DNA of 43,233 bases, from IMG/VR virus record IMGVR_UViG_3300021379_001283, positions 1 to 43,233 of that record; one strand, given 5' to 3'. Below the pieces are notes generated by a model. It was not told the origin of the DNA and ran no database searches. It worked only from the letters and a program-made list of their open reading frames with translations. Below, one piece after another: positions 1-8,733 of the stretch (positions are counted from its first letter, which is position 1; each line of letters starts with the position of its first letter). Source of the stretch: a virus (lineage: Duplodnaviria > Caudoviricetes). A program made the translations under genes and the position numbers.

Positions 1-2
1 GC

Positions 3-3000
3 AGTAGTCTAGATGGAAAGTTGGACTTCCAAAGTGCGCCTTTGAATTCAATAGGGGCAAGCGCATTTAGAAATTGCGAACAGTTGTCTGACGTTCTTTC
101 GATGCCTAATTTAGTTAGTACTATAGGAGACGGGGCTTTTGAGAATTGTAATGGTATACAACAGTTGATTTTCGAAGGTAATAGTTGCAATAGTATTGGA
201 GATAGGGCTTTTAAAAATTGCTCTAGTTTAGCTCAAGGGTTAGAATTTAAAAATGCAAATTTTAGTGTAGGTGTAGAAGCTTTTAAAAATTGTACTTCTT
301 TAAATGGTATAATTCAAGGATTGGACACAGCCAATAGTATTGGTTCTGGGGCTTTCGAAAATTGTGGCAATCTTTACGGCAATCTTAAGGTTTGCGGGGC
401 TAATGGAACAACAATACCAGCAGCTGCGTTTAAAAATGCTTATGCGGCTGGATTAGAGTTGGATACATCTGACGCAACAATAATAGGGCAAGAAGCCTTT
501 AGAAACACAAAATTTCAAACATTCAATGAAAACTTCATTGATAATGCCACCACTATATCAGACAGGGCTTTCCAAAATTGTACGGCTTCTTATTATATAA
601 CTGGATTTAATTTCATTCAGCCAAGCCTTGTTTCGATAGGAGAAAAAGCATTTAAAGATTGCAAGAACATTAGTGGAGTTCTTGTTTTTGATGAGTCGGG
701 CTATAGTTTGAACAGCATTGGCAACGAAGCTTTTTATGGTTGCGATAACATAAGAAATGTTGCTACTCACATACCGCCGAATTCGTTCCAAGGAGCTAAC
801 ACCTTACTTGGTATAAGGGGTTGCTTATATGCAGCAAGAAATGTTTATGATGATTACGAGGCTTTATTGGATGATGGTATATTCCAAGGTATGCCGCTTT
901 GTCGTGGGGCTGCTTATACAAGAATTTATAATGCTTCTTATAATGTAATAAAAGGCACGAGAGCAGAGGTTATTCCAGATGATTGGTACGAGGGCAAAAC
1001 AACACCTACTCCACAATACTTGGACATTGGATTAAATGTGACATCTATTGGTAGTCAGGCATTTTTAAATTCTTCGGCTCTAGAAGGTTTTTTAACTATC
1101 CCTGGAAATGTTAATACAATTGGTGATGAAGCGTTTGAGGGCACTAGTTTTAACGGTGAGTTGATAATAGAAGAGGGTGTTAAGAGTATAGGTGATAGTG
1201 CTTTTCGAGATACCAATTTTACTGGAAGTTTAACAATACCAAATTCAGTCACTGGTATTGAAAATCGGGCTTTTAAGGATTGCAATGGATTGAACGGATC
1301 TTTAACCATAGAATCAACAGCAGCTACAATTGGCGATGAGGCGTTTCTGCGTTGCTCCAGCCTTACTGGAGACTTGTTGATAACTAATGCTAGCGGTATT
1401 GGTTCTAATTCTTTTGCGAGTTGCTCAAACATAAATGGTATATTGTCTATACCTAATGTTTTGGATATAGGGTCTTCTGCTTTTAAAGGCTGTTCTAATA
1501 TTGTTGGCGAGTTAGATGTATCTTCTGTAACTGGTTCTATAGGCGCTAATGCTTTTGAGAATTGTAGTAGTGCTGAAGGGATTTTCTTGGGGCAAAAAGT
1601 CACTAACATTGGTGATAAAGCATTTCAAGGATGTAAGAATGTAGTTGGTTCTATTACTTTATTAGATTCCCTATCTGGAGTTGGGATTACAGTGGGTGAT
1701 TATGCTTTCCGAAATTGTTCTGGTATTGAAGTTGCGTATTCTGATGTTCCACTAGCTAATCTTGGCGTGTCGGGTTTGCAGTTTCAAGCGGCAACAACTT
1801 CTGATAAAATCTTATACGTTAGACAAACTCATTTTAATGATTATTTTGCTGCAGGTGGAAATAATGGTTATTATGATGGTAATATATTGCAGCTTTGGAG
1901 ATTAGATGATGGTCCTAGTATTATATTAGATAACGCCTCACAAGAAATCGCTTCTGTCACTGGCGATATACCAGTTGAGTGGAGAAGTGGCTCTAACCCA
2001 AATGATGAGACTTTAATTTTAGGATCATCGGTAACGAATATTGGGGATAGGGCTTTTTATAAAAATTACGATTTATTAGGCACGGTGTTTATTCCATCTG
2101 CTGTTAAAAGTATTGGTGAAAAGGCTTTTGCTGGTCAAAATCCCAACCGAACAAGTTATGATTCTTTCATCTTTAGAGAAGGGCTGGAGGAAATAAAAAC
2201 ATACGCATTTAATTTCTGCGATCTCACTAATTTAAAATTGCCAGCTTCTTTATTGTCTGTTGAAGATACAGCTTTCGTTAATGCTGGTAATTTTGAGACT
2301 ATAACTATTGGTGAAAATGATGGCAGTCATAGAACGGTTTTTGGTTCTGATGTATTTTTAAATACTTGGGCTGATGGTGGAGCCACGGCTGGAGAAGGAA
2401 GCGTAGTTATTAAATCGAGTGTTAACAATATAGGTGTTGGCTCATTCGGTGCTGCAAGCCTTAATGGATCAAATCAAACTTGGTTGGGTACTTTGGATAT
2501 AGGCTGTCAAACAATAGACGAAAGGGCTTTTGAGTATAATCAAGAATTAACTAATATTACATTTAGAGATTCTGTTAAATATGTGCATAAAGATGCATTT
2601 AGATTGTGTACTGGCTTGAAATATATAAATATTCCAGATCCTATATCGATAGGGAATATTCCATATACCGATAACAATAAAAAGCCTGATAACAATATTT
2701 TCGAGGGATGTTTTCCAGAAGAAATAATAATAGGAAACGATAATTATCGGGGCGTTAATTCATATATAGAAACAGAAGCTATAAGACCACAAGCTGATGT
2801 CGCCATAGACGATTTACCTAATCGGTGTAGTGTTAAAATTGGTAGTAGTATAGATTCTTTAAAGAGATATGCTTTTAGTAGACATAGTAGTGACTTAACT
2901 GCTGGATCTAATTTTAGACTTATAACAGGGATTGTTTGTAATGCTAGGAGTATAGGGAATTATTGCTTTAAGAGAAATACTACAATAAAGGAATTTATAG

Positions 3001-3743
3001 GAAGCGGCGTTAGTCATGTTGGCTATAGGGCTTTTATTAAAACTGCTTATAATTTAGAAAAAGTAGTTCTTGGTAATAATGATGAGGTTGCAGCTGTTGG
3101 TGATAGCTCAAAGATAATAGAAAAAAGAGCTTTTGATAGTAGACATATGGGCGCGACAAACACTCCTTACGGACCTTGTGAAGTTACGATTGGTAGTAGT
3201 ATAGATTCGACTGATGGTTATGCTTTTTCTCATAATTTTAGTGATACCTCTGAAAACGATGACTCCTCTATTAATAATAGGTGGATGACAAAACTAAATT
3301 ACAATGCTAGAAGCGTTGGTTACAGAGCATTTTATAGAGCAAGAGACTTAAAGGAGGTTAATTTTGGGCCAAATGTAAATTCATTGAACTCACGTTGTTT
3401 TCAGTTTTGTAGAATTACTGGAGATATTCTTTTAGAAAGAGATGGCTGTTACATGAACGGAAGAGCTTTTCAGAGGAAAGACACAAGCGCATCAAATAAC
3501 GTACGAATGAGAAATTTTTATTGTCGTTCCCCGCTTTCTAAAGGAACAAACGAAGTTGGTGGTCATATCAATTGGAAAAATAATGCTGATGATAGTTCGT
3601 TTATTTATATGACTGGCGATTTTTATGTTCATCCAGATTATTATGACCAGTGGACTGGTGAAAATGGCTCAACAAAAATAAATACAGCCAAGGTTGGAGA
3701 ATCGGATATACTTCCTTGGACAACTTACCCAAATAAAATATAA
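3..3743 (+). CDS. BspA-type (LRR_5) leucine-rich repeat protein, putative tail-associated adhesin; 5'-truncated by the window edge
   Basis: Dozens of xIGxxAFxxCxxL repeats (e.g. SIGASAFRNC, TIGDGAFENC, SIGEKAFKDC). The frame is open from position 3 (SSLDGKLDFQ), so TTG at 21 is unlikely to be the true start. It lies directly upstream of tail genes. Confidence 0.85.
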   Translation, partial: SSLDGKLDFQSAPLNSIGASAFRNCEQLSDVLSMPNLVSTIGDGAFENCNGIQQLIFEGNSCNSIGDRAFKNCSSLAQGLEFKNANFSVGVEAFKNCTSLNGIIQGLDTANSIGSGAFENCGNLYGNLKVCGANGTTIPAAAFKNAYAAGLELDTSDATIIGQEAFRNTKFQTFNENFIDNATTISDRAFQNCTASYYITGFNFIQPSLVSIGEKAFKDCKNISGVLVFDESGYSLNSIGNEAFYGCDNIRNVATHIPPNSFQGANTLLGIRGCLYAARNVYDDYEALLDDGIFQGMPLCRGAAYTRIYNASYNVIKGTRAEVIPDDWYEGKTTPTPQYLDIGLNVTSIGSQAFLNSSALEGFLTIPGNVNTIGDEAFEGTSFNGELIIEEGVKSIGDSAFRDTNFTGSLTIPNSVTGIENRAFKDCNGLNGSLTIESTAATIGDEAFLRCSSLTGDLLITNASGIGSNSFASCSNINGILSIPNVLDIGSSAFKGCSNIVGELDVSSVTGSIGANAFENCSSAEGIFLGQKVTNIGDKAFQGCKNVVGSITLLDSLSGVGITVGDYAFRNCSGIEVAYSDVPLANLGVSGLQFQAATTSDKILYVRQTHFNDYFAAGGNNGYYDGNILQLWRLDDGPSIILDNASQEIASVTGDIPVEWRSGSNPNDETLILGSSVTNIGDRAFYKNYDLLGTVFIPSAVKSIGEKAFAGQNPNRTSYDSFIFREGLEEIKTYAFNFCDLTNLKLPASLLSVEDTAFVNAGNFETITIGENDGSHRTVFGSDVFLNTWADGGATAGEGSVVIKSSVNNIGVGSFGAASLNGSNQTWLGTLDIGCQTIDERAFEYNQELTNITFRDSVKYVHKDAFRLCTGLKYINIPDPISIGNIPYTDNNKKPDNNIFEGCFPEEIIIGNDNYRGVNSYIETEAIRPQADVAIDDLPNRCSVKIGSSIDSLKRYAFSRHSSDLTAGSNFRLITGIVCNARSIGNYCFKRNTTIKEFIGSGVSHVGYRAFIKTAYNLEKVVLGNNDEVAAVGDSSKIIEKRAFDSRHMGATNTPYGPCEVTIGSSIDSTDGYAFSHNFSDTSENDDSSINNRWMTKLNYNARSVGYRAFYRARDLKEVNFGPNVNSLNSRCFQFCRITGDILLERDGCYMNGRAFQRKDTSASNNVRMRNFYCRSPLSKGTNEVGGHINWKNNADDSSFIYMTGDFYVHPDYYDQWTGENGSTKINTAKVGESDILPWTTYPNKI

Positions 3744-4678
3744 TGAGCGAAGATTTATTTTACGACAGGACTAGGAACATTAGTGGGGTTAACCTCATTA
3801 GTGAGTTTGACTATACCCCAGATTATGGATCTTCTGTTTCTTTCTCTTCTAAGGTTAAGAGGTTTGATCAGCATGATAATTATTTTCAAATGTCTCCAGT
3901 GGGCATAAATAATTTAACTGCTAAGTTTAATATGATGTACGGGGTGGATGAAAACGGGGCATTGAGATTAGCCAACTATTATGAAAGTTCTGAGGGCGTA
4001 AAGCTTGTAGCAGTTAATAGTGATCCTTCTGTTTATAACCCCCTTTCTGGTTATTGCACCGATTACTCTATAACGCACAAGAATAACCAAAACTACGAGT
4101 TTTCATTATCCCTAGAGGTTCTCGAAGCTCCTTCTCTTTTTAACTGGAGTGGTATGAGTTACTTGAATCCAGATTTTACAAACTGGCAAAGCTCTCAATC
4201 TTATGAAAGAGATGATATAGTTTATACTGGAGTTAATGATCTTAAATTAAATAACTTTTTTTATTGCACACAAAACCATAGTTCTACAGCAGAGAACTCA
4301 CCAACAGGAGATAATTCGGCTTGGTCTCAAGCTTTTTATTGGGAACCAGATATGGGCACAAGTACATCAGTTAAGTTTGGTGTAGATAGATACGAAGGTG
4401 GACTAGTTAGCATGATAAAAACAAAAGAAAACACAGCTACTTTCCCAATCTCTTATACGTTTAGCAATATAACCACAAAGCAATTAAAATCAATGCTGCA
4501 CTTTTTGGAGAATAAAGCTGGGTATAGAAGATTTAGACATCAGATTCCTTCTGTTTATAATAGACCAAAGGTATTTACATGTCAGCAATGGACGCATACT
4601 TGGGTTTATATTGATAACCACAATCTATCTGTAACTTTTGAAGAAGATCCATTAGGCATAATTCCAGACAACACTTAA
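3743..4678 (+). CDS. Minor tail / distal tail (lambda gpM/Dit-like) protein, tandem-duplicated domain with inserted CBM5/12-like module
   Basis: The C-terminal half (MLHFLENKAGYRRF...KVFTCQQWTHT...NLSVTFEE) resembles the gpM pattern, and the N-terminal half repeats it (PDYGSSVSF...YCTDYSITH...FSLSLEV). The central WQSSQSYERDDIVY...YCTQNHSS...SPTGDNSAWSQ is a typical chitin-binding type module. Confidence 0.6.
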   Translation: MSEDLFYDRTRNISGVNLISEFDYTPDYGSSVSFSSKVKRFDQHDNYFQMSPVGINNLTAKFNMMYGVDENGALRLANYYESSEGVKLVAVNSDPSVYNPLSGYCTDYSITHKNNQNYEFSLSLEVLEAPSLFNWSGMSYLNPDFTNWQSSQSYERDDIVYTGVNDLKLNNFFYCTQNHSSTAENSPTGDNSAWSQAFYWEPDMGTSTSVKFGVDRYEGGLVSMIKTKENTATFPISYTFSNITTKQLKSMLHFLENKAGYRRFRHQIPSVYNRPKVFTCQQWTHTWVYIDNHNLSVTFEEDPLGIIPDNT

Positions 4679-4679
4679 G

Positions 4680-5783
4680 ATGGCAAGAATAGTATTAAAT
4701 AGCGCCAATTCAGCGGTATTAATTGGAGACTCTCCAGCGTTTAAGACCAGTAATGAAACTGGAACTTTATTCGCTGGCGTCCAAAATATTTCTTTTTCAT
4801 TGCCCCAAACAAGACAGGTTCAAAAACAAGTTAGCTCTAGCTATTATGCTGTTGATGATTTAATCAGACACCCAGATATAGATTTACAGATAAGTTATTT
4901 GTTTTCTCCATCAATGGCGAATGAGGATTCCCTCGGCTTGAATGTTTCCCCAAAGTTTGAACCAGATGTCTCGCCTCCTTCTTCCGAGGGGGATTTTGTT
5001 TCGGGTATAGAAAATCAATCTTACAATTTTTATATTTATAATCACCCAACACAAGGCAAGGATGCTATAAAGTATTTAACATCGACTGATATAAACAATC
5101 CAAACAATGGCGAAATCATTTCTTTCGGCAATGCTTATTTAACAAACTATAATGTTTCTTTTTCGGTGGACTCTTTACCTGTGGTGTCTACATCTTTTAA
5201 GTGCTCAAACATGCAAGCAGAAATATATGATGCAGATGTTCTATCCCCCGCAATAAATCTTCCAGTTGGGGATAATGTGGGTGTTGGAAATTTGGATGTG
5301 AGTGAAACTCTGACAGAGAAGGTTGATTTTTATGGTTTGGGTAACAATCTTGATTTAACAGATGTTATTACATCGAGTCCTGGAGATTTGGTTCTTGCTT
5401 TGGAAAACCTTCAGATTGGTGGTCAAAGCATAGACGCTGGTAATGATATTATTGATTCGTTTTCTATTGATGTTGGTATAGAAAGAGTTGACCTACATGG
5501 TTTGGGGTCTGATTATGTGAGAGAAAGGAAAATGCAATATCCAACAAGAGGTAGCTTAAGTATTTCTTCTTTGGTTAATAATTATCAGGAGGGTTTTGTT
5601 TCTGGATTGTTAAACAACGAATCTAATTATGATTTTAATATAACAGTGAAAAGCTGTGATGGTAAGGTTTATTCTGAGTTTGTCTTTGAAGAAGTAAAAT
5701 TAGAGACTTTTGATTATAGTGTAAACGTTAACGATGACATGAGGTATAACGCCACATTCTCATTTTACATGAACAATAAATAA
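4680..5783 (+). CDS. Tail tube-like structural protein, paralogue of the N-terminal region of 8734..12003
   Basis: ISFGNAYLTNYNVSFSVDSLPVVSTSF aligns by eye with IGIGNAYLSDYTVDLSVGSLPTASVSF in the 8734 protein. Beta-rich, internally duplicated, in tail context. Confidence 0.55.
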   Translation: MARIVLNSANSAVLIGDSPAFKTSNETGTLFAGVQNISFSLPQTRQVQKQVSSSYYAVDDLIRHPDIDLQISYLFSPSMANEDSLGLNVSPKFEPDVSPPSSEGDFVSGIENQSYNFYIYNHPTQGKDAIKYLTSTDINNPNNGEIISFGNAYLTNYNVSFSVDSLPVVSTSFKCSNMQAEIYDADVLSPAINLPVGDNVGVGNLDVSETLTEKVDFYGLGNNLDLTDVITSSPGDLVLALENLQIGGQSIDAGNDIIDSFSIDVGIERVDLHGLGSDYVRERKMQYPTRGSLSISSLVNNYQEGFVSGLLNNESNYDFNITVKSCDGKVYSEFVFEEVKLETFDYSVNVNDDMRYNATFSFYMNNK

Positions 5784-5794
5784 TTTAAAAAAAA

Positions 5795-8686
5795 ATGAAG
5801 TGCAGAGCCAACAGGAGAGATTATAATTATAATACTGCTTATGATGCAGATGGAAATCTTGTTTCTTATGATCAGGGGAATATTGGCGACTCGTGGCTTT
5901 TAAATTCTGGAACTGTTGTAAGTGTTGATTTTGCAAGAAGTCCAAATTTAACTATTGGTGATTTTTCTTTTTCTAATTGTGGAATTCAAGGGGATTTAAA
6001 AATACCAGATAATTTTATTAGTATTGGAAGAAACGCATTTCAAAATTCTAATAGTATACAAGATATTTATGTAAACATACCAGAGGAGAATATGTTTAAT
6101 AGCTCTAATGAACAAAGCCCATTTTACGATGGTCCTGTTGGTAAACTTTATGTTACTAGCCAGTATATATTAGAATATGGTGGCGTTGGGGCTTTTTATC
6201 CACCGACCAACGGTATGGAGGTTGCTCTATGGGCTGATCATAAAGATTCTGTTGTTGGAGAAGAGGTGAGTCCAGGTTATACAATAACAACTCCAGTAAA
6301 TTCAGTCGAAGAAGGGATATCTTCTGTGGTCACAGTTAATACTACAAGCGTATTGAGTGGAACTACTTTATATTGGACGTTGTCAAAACCAAGTGAATTT
6401 AGCGTTAGCAGTGGTAGTTTTACTATAAATAATAATGTTGGGACATTTAATATTACCCCTTTGTTAGATCAAGATATTGATCCAGCTGAAGCGTTTGACA
6501 TACAGATAAGAACTGGCTCAACGAGCGGACCAATAGTTGAAAGTAAAACCATTACCATAAATGACAAAACCCCAACTTATACTATAACAGCTAATTCTTC
6601 TGTAGACGAAGGTTCTTCTTTGTCTGTGACGGTAGACACAACAAACGTAGCGGATCAAACTCTTTACTGGTCTTCGACGGAGACCAATGACATTGATGTG
6701 TCTAGCGGAAGTTTTTCCTTAACAAACGATCAAGGTACATTTTCAATACCCATAACAGCCGATGGAATTAGCGATCCAGGAGAAACTTTTACTTTTGTTA
6801 TAAGAACTGGTTCGGTAGGAGGAACTATAGTGGCTACGTCGGACGCTATTACTATAAATGATATTGCTAATCCTCCAACTTATACAGTTGTACCAGCTTC
6901 CAGTTCCGTAGACGAAGGAGTTGCCTTGAACGTCACAGTTAATACTACAAATGTAGCGGACTCAACAACTTTGTATTGGACTGTCACAAACGCTTCTGAA
7001 TTTTCCACAAGTAGTGGTAGTTTTGTAATCACAAGCAATACTGGAAGTTTTAGTGTTACTCCTACTTTGGATGCGGCTGTGGATTCTGATACTTTTGATA
7101 TTCAGATAAGAACTGGATCAATAGCGGGAACTATAGTAGAAACAACCGATACCCCAATCACTATTGTTGATAAGACTCCAACTTACAGCTTAGTCCATGA
7201 TAATAATGTTGACGAAGGTTCAGCTCTTAATGTAACACTTAACACAGCAAACGTTGATGATCAAACTCTTTATTGGGTTGTGACATCTAATGCTGGCGAT
7301 TTTTCAACAAGTAATGGGTCTTTTTCATTGTCCAGTAATACTGGAAGCTTTTCTATTACGCCAGATGCGGATTCTACAACAGAGGGTGCAGAACAATTCT
7401 TTTTTGTGGTTAAAACAGGCTCGATAAATGGAACAACGGTTGCATCGTCTAGTGGTGTAACAATCAATGATACAAGTCAAACACCAGGATCTTCCGATTG
7501 GCAACAATTAGGTGGAGATATAGATGGGGTTAATGCTACTGAGGAATTTGGAATTTCTGTTTCTTATTCGGAAGATAATACTGATAAATATCTTGTTGCT
7601 GGAGCACATAGATATAGTTCTTATAAGGGCAGGGCAGAAGGTTGGAAGTATAATGATGCTGTTTTGGGCGATTGGGAATTATTGAATGATGCTGACACTT
7701 CACCAAACAATAATGATCAAGTCGGCTATTCAGTGTCTTTAGCTACCGTTAATGGTCAGAATCCTAGGGTTGCTATTGGTGTTCCAGATAGGGATAATGG
7801 CGGTAGTTTTGACGAGGGTTCTTTTCGCGTTTCTGATCTTAATTATGCAGGGGGCGGAAGTTCTACTTGGTCAGATATAGGAAATGAAAAATTCGGAGGC
7901 ACTGCAAAAATTTATATTGCTTCTTCTGTATCTATTTCTTCTGATGGAAATGTGATTGCTGTTGGAGCGCCATGTAGAAACCCAAGAGAGGCTAGATCAA
8001 ACACATTGGCTGGAGAGGTTCAGGTTTACGAGTGGGGCGGTAGTGATTGGATTGCAAAGGGATCGCCTATTGTTGGTGAGGCATCTAATGATGAATTTGG
8101 TTGGTCTGTATCTTTATCTTCTGATGGTAGTGTTTTGGCGGTAGGAGCGCCAGTCAATAATAGTAGCACTGGTCATGTTCGTGTTTACGATTGGAATGCA
8201 GGAGGTGGAACTTGGGATCAGCGTGGTTCTGATATAGATGGACAGTCTGGGGGAGATAAGTTTGGATGGTCAGTTTCTCTTTCTGCTGATGGAAATACTT
8301 TGGCGGTTGGAACTCCAATTCGTGATTTTAGCAGAGGAGCTGTAAGGGTTTACGATTGGACTACCAGCTGGTCACAGCGAGGGTCTATCATTCAGGGCGC
8401 TGGAACTGGTGATGAATTTGGAACAGCTGTTTCAATTTCTTCAAATGGTAATAAGGTCGCCGTTGGAGCGCCAGAGCATAATAGTAGTGCTGGTCATGTT
8501 CAGGTTTATGAATGGAATGCAGGAGGAGGAACCTGGGATCAAAACGGGTCTGATATAGATGGGGCGGCAGCAGGTGATAAATTTGGATGGTCAGTTTCTC
8601 TTTCTGCTGATGGTCTTACTTTGGCAGCAGGAGCGCCTCAACATAATTCTGCGCAAGGGCACGTTCGTGTCTTTGAGTTTGTTTGA
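5795..8686 (+). CDS. Modular tail adhesin: mini LRR cassette, four Ig/Calx-beta-like repeats, FG-GAP beta-propeller
   Basis: Four ~97 aa repeats (PTYT...SVDEG..L.VTVNT.NV....LYW...SSGSF...IRTGS..G.IV...ITIND), followed by repeated DxFGxSVSLSxDG..LAVGAP blades. The N-terminus has TIGDFSFSNC and SIGRNAFQN. Confidence 0.8.
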   Translation: MKCRANRRDYNYNTAYDADGNLVSYDQGNIGDSWLLNSGTVVSVDFARSPNLTIGDFSFSNCGIQGDLKIPDNFISIGRNAFQNSNSIQDIYVNIPEENMFNSSNEQSPFYDGPVGKLYVTSQYILEYGGVGAFYPPTNGMEVALWADHKDSVVGEEVSPGYTITTPVNSVEEGISSVVTVNTTSVLSGTTLYWTLSKPSEFSVSSGSFTINNNVGTFNITPLLDQDIDPAEAFDIQIRTGSTSGPIVESKTITINDKTPTYTITANSSVDEGSSLSVTVDTTNVADQTLYWSSTETNDIDVSSGSFSLTNDQGTFSIPITADGISDPGETFTFVIRTGSVGGTIVATSDAITINDIANPPTYTVVPASSSVDEGVALNVTVNTTNVADSTTLYWTVTNASEFSTSSGSFVITSNTGSFSVTPTLDAAVDSDTFDIQIRTGSIAGTIVETTDTPITIVDKTPTYSLVHDNNVDEGSALNVTLNTANVDDQTLYWVVTSNAGDFSTSNGSFSLSSNTGSFSITPDADSTTEGAEQFFFVVKTGSINGTTVASSSGVTINDTSQTPGSSDWQQLGGDIDGVNATEEFGISVSYSEDNTDKYLVAGAHRYSSYKGRAEGWKYNDAVLGDWELLNDADTSPNNNDQVGYSVSLATVNGQNPRVAIGVPDRDNGGSFDEGSFRVSDLNYAGGGSSTWSDIGNEKFGGTAKIYIASSVSISSDGNVIAVGAPCRNPREARSNTLAGEVQVYEWGGSDWIAKGSPIVGEASNDEFGWSVSLSSDGSVLAVGAPVNNSSTGHVRVYDWNAGGGTWDQRGSDIDGQSGGDKFGWSVSLSADGNTLAVGTPIRDFSRGAVRVYDWTTSWSQRGSIIQGAGTGDEFGTAVSISSNGNKVAVGAPEHNSSAGHVQVYEWNAGGGTWDQNGSDIDGAAAGDKFGWSVSLSADGLTLAAGAPQHNSAQGHVRVFEFV

Positions 8687-8733
8687 GTTATTTATTGTTT
8701 TTTAGTGTAATATCAGAGTAAGGAACTTTTATT

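Noticed and set aside
8161-8630. Repeat pair in an adhesin C-terminus as a diversity-generating retroelement TR/VR
   Set aside because: Both copies are in-frame propeller blades, the differences are not restricted to adenines, and no reverse transcriptase is in the window.
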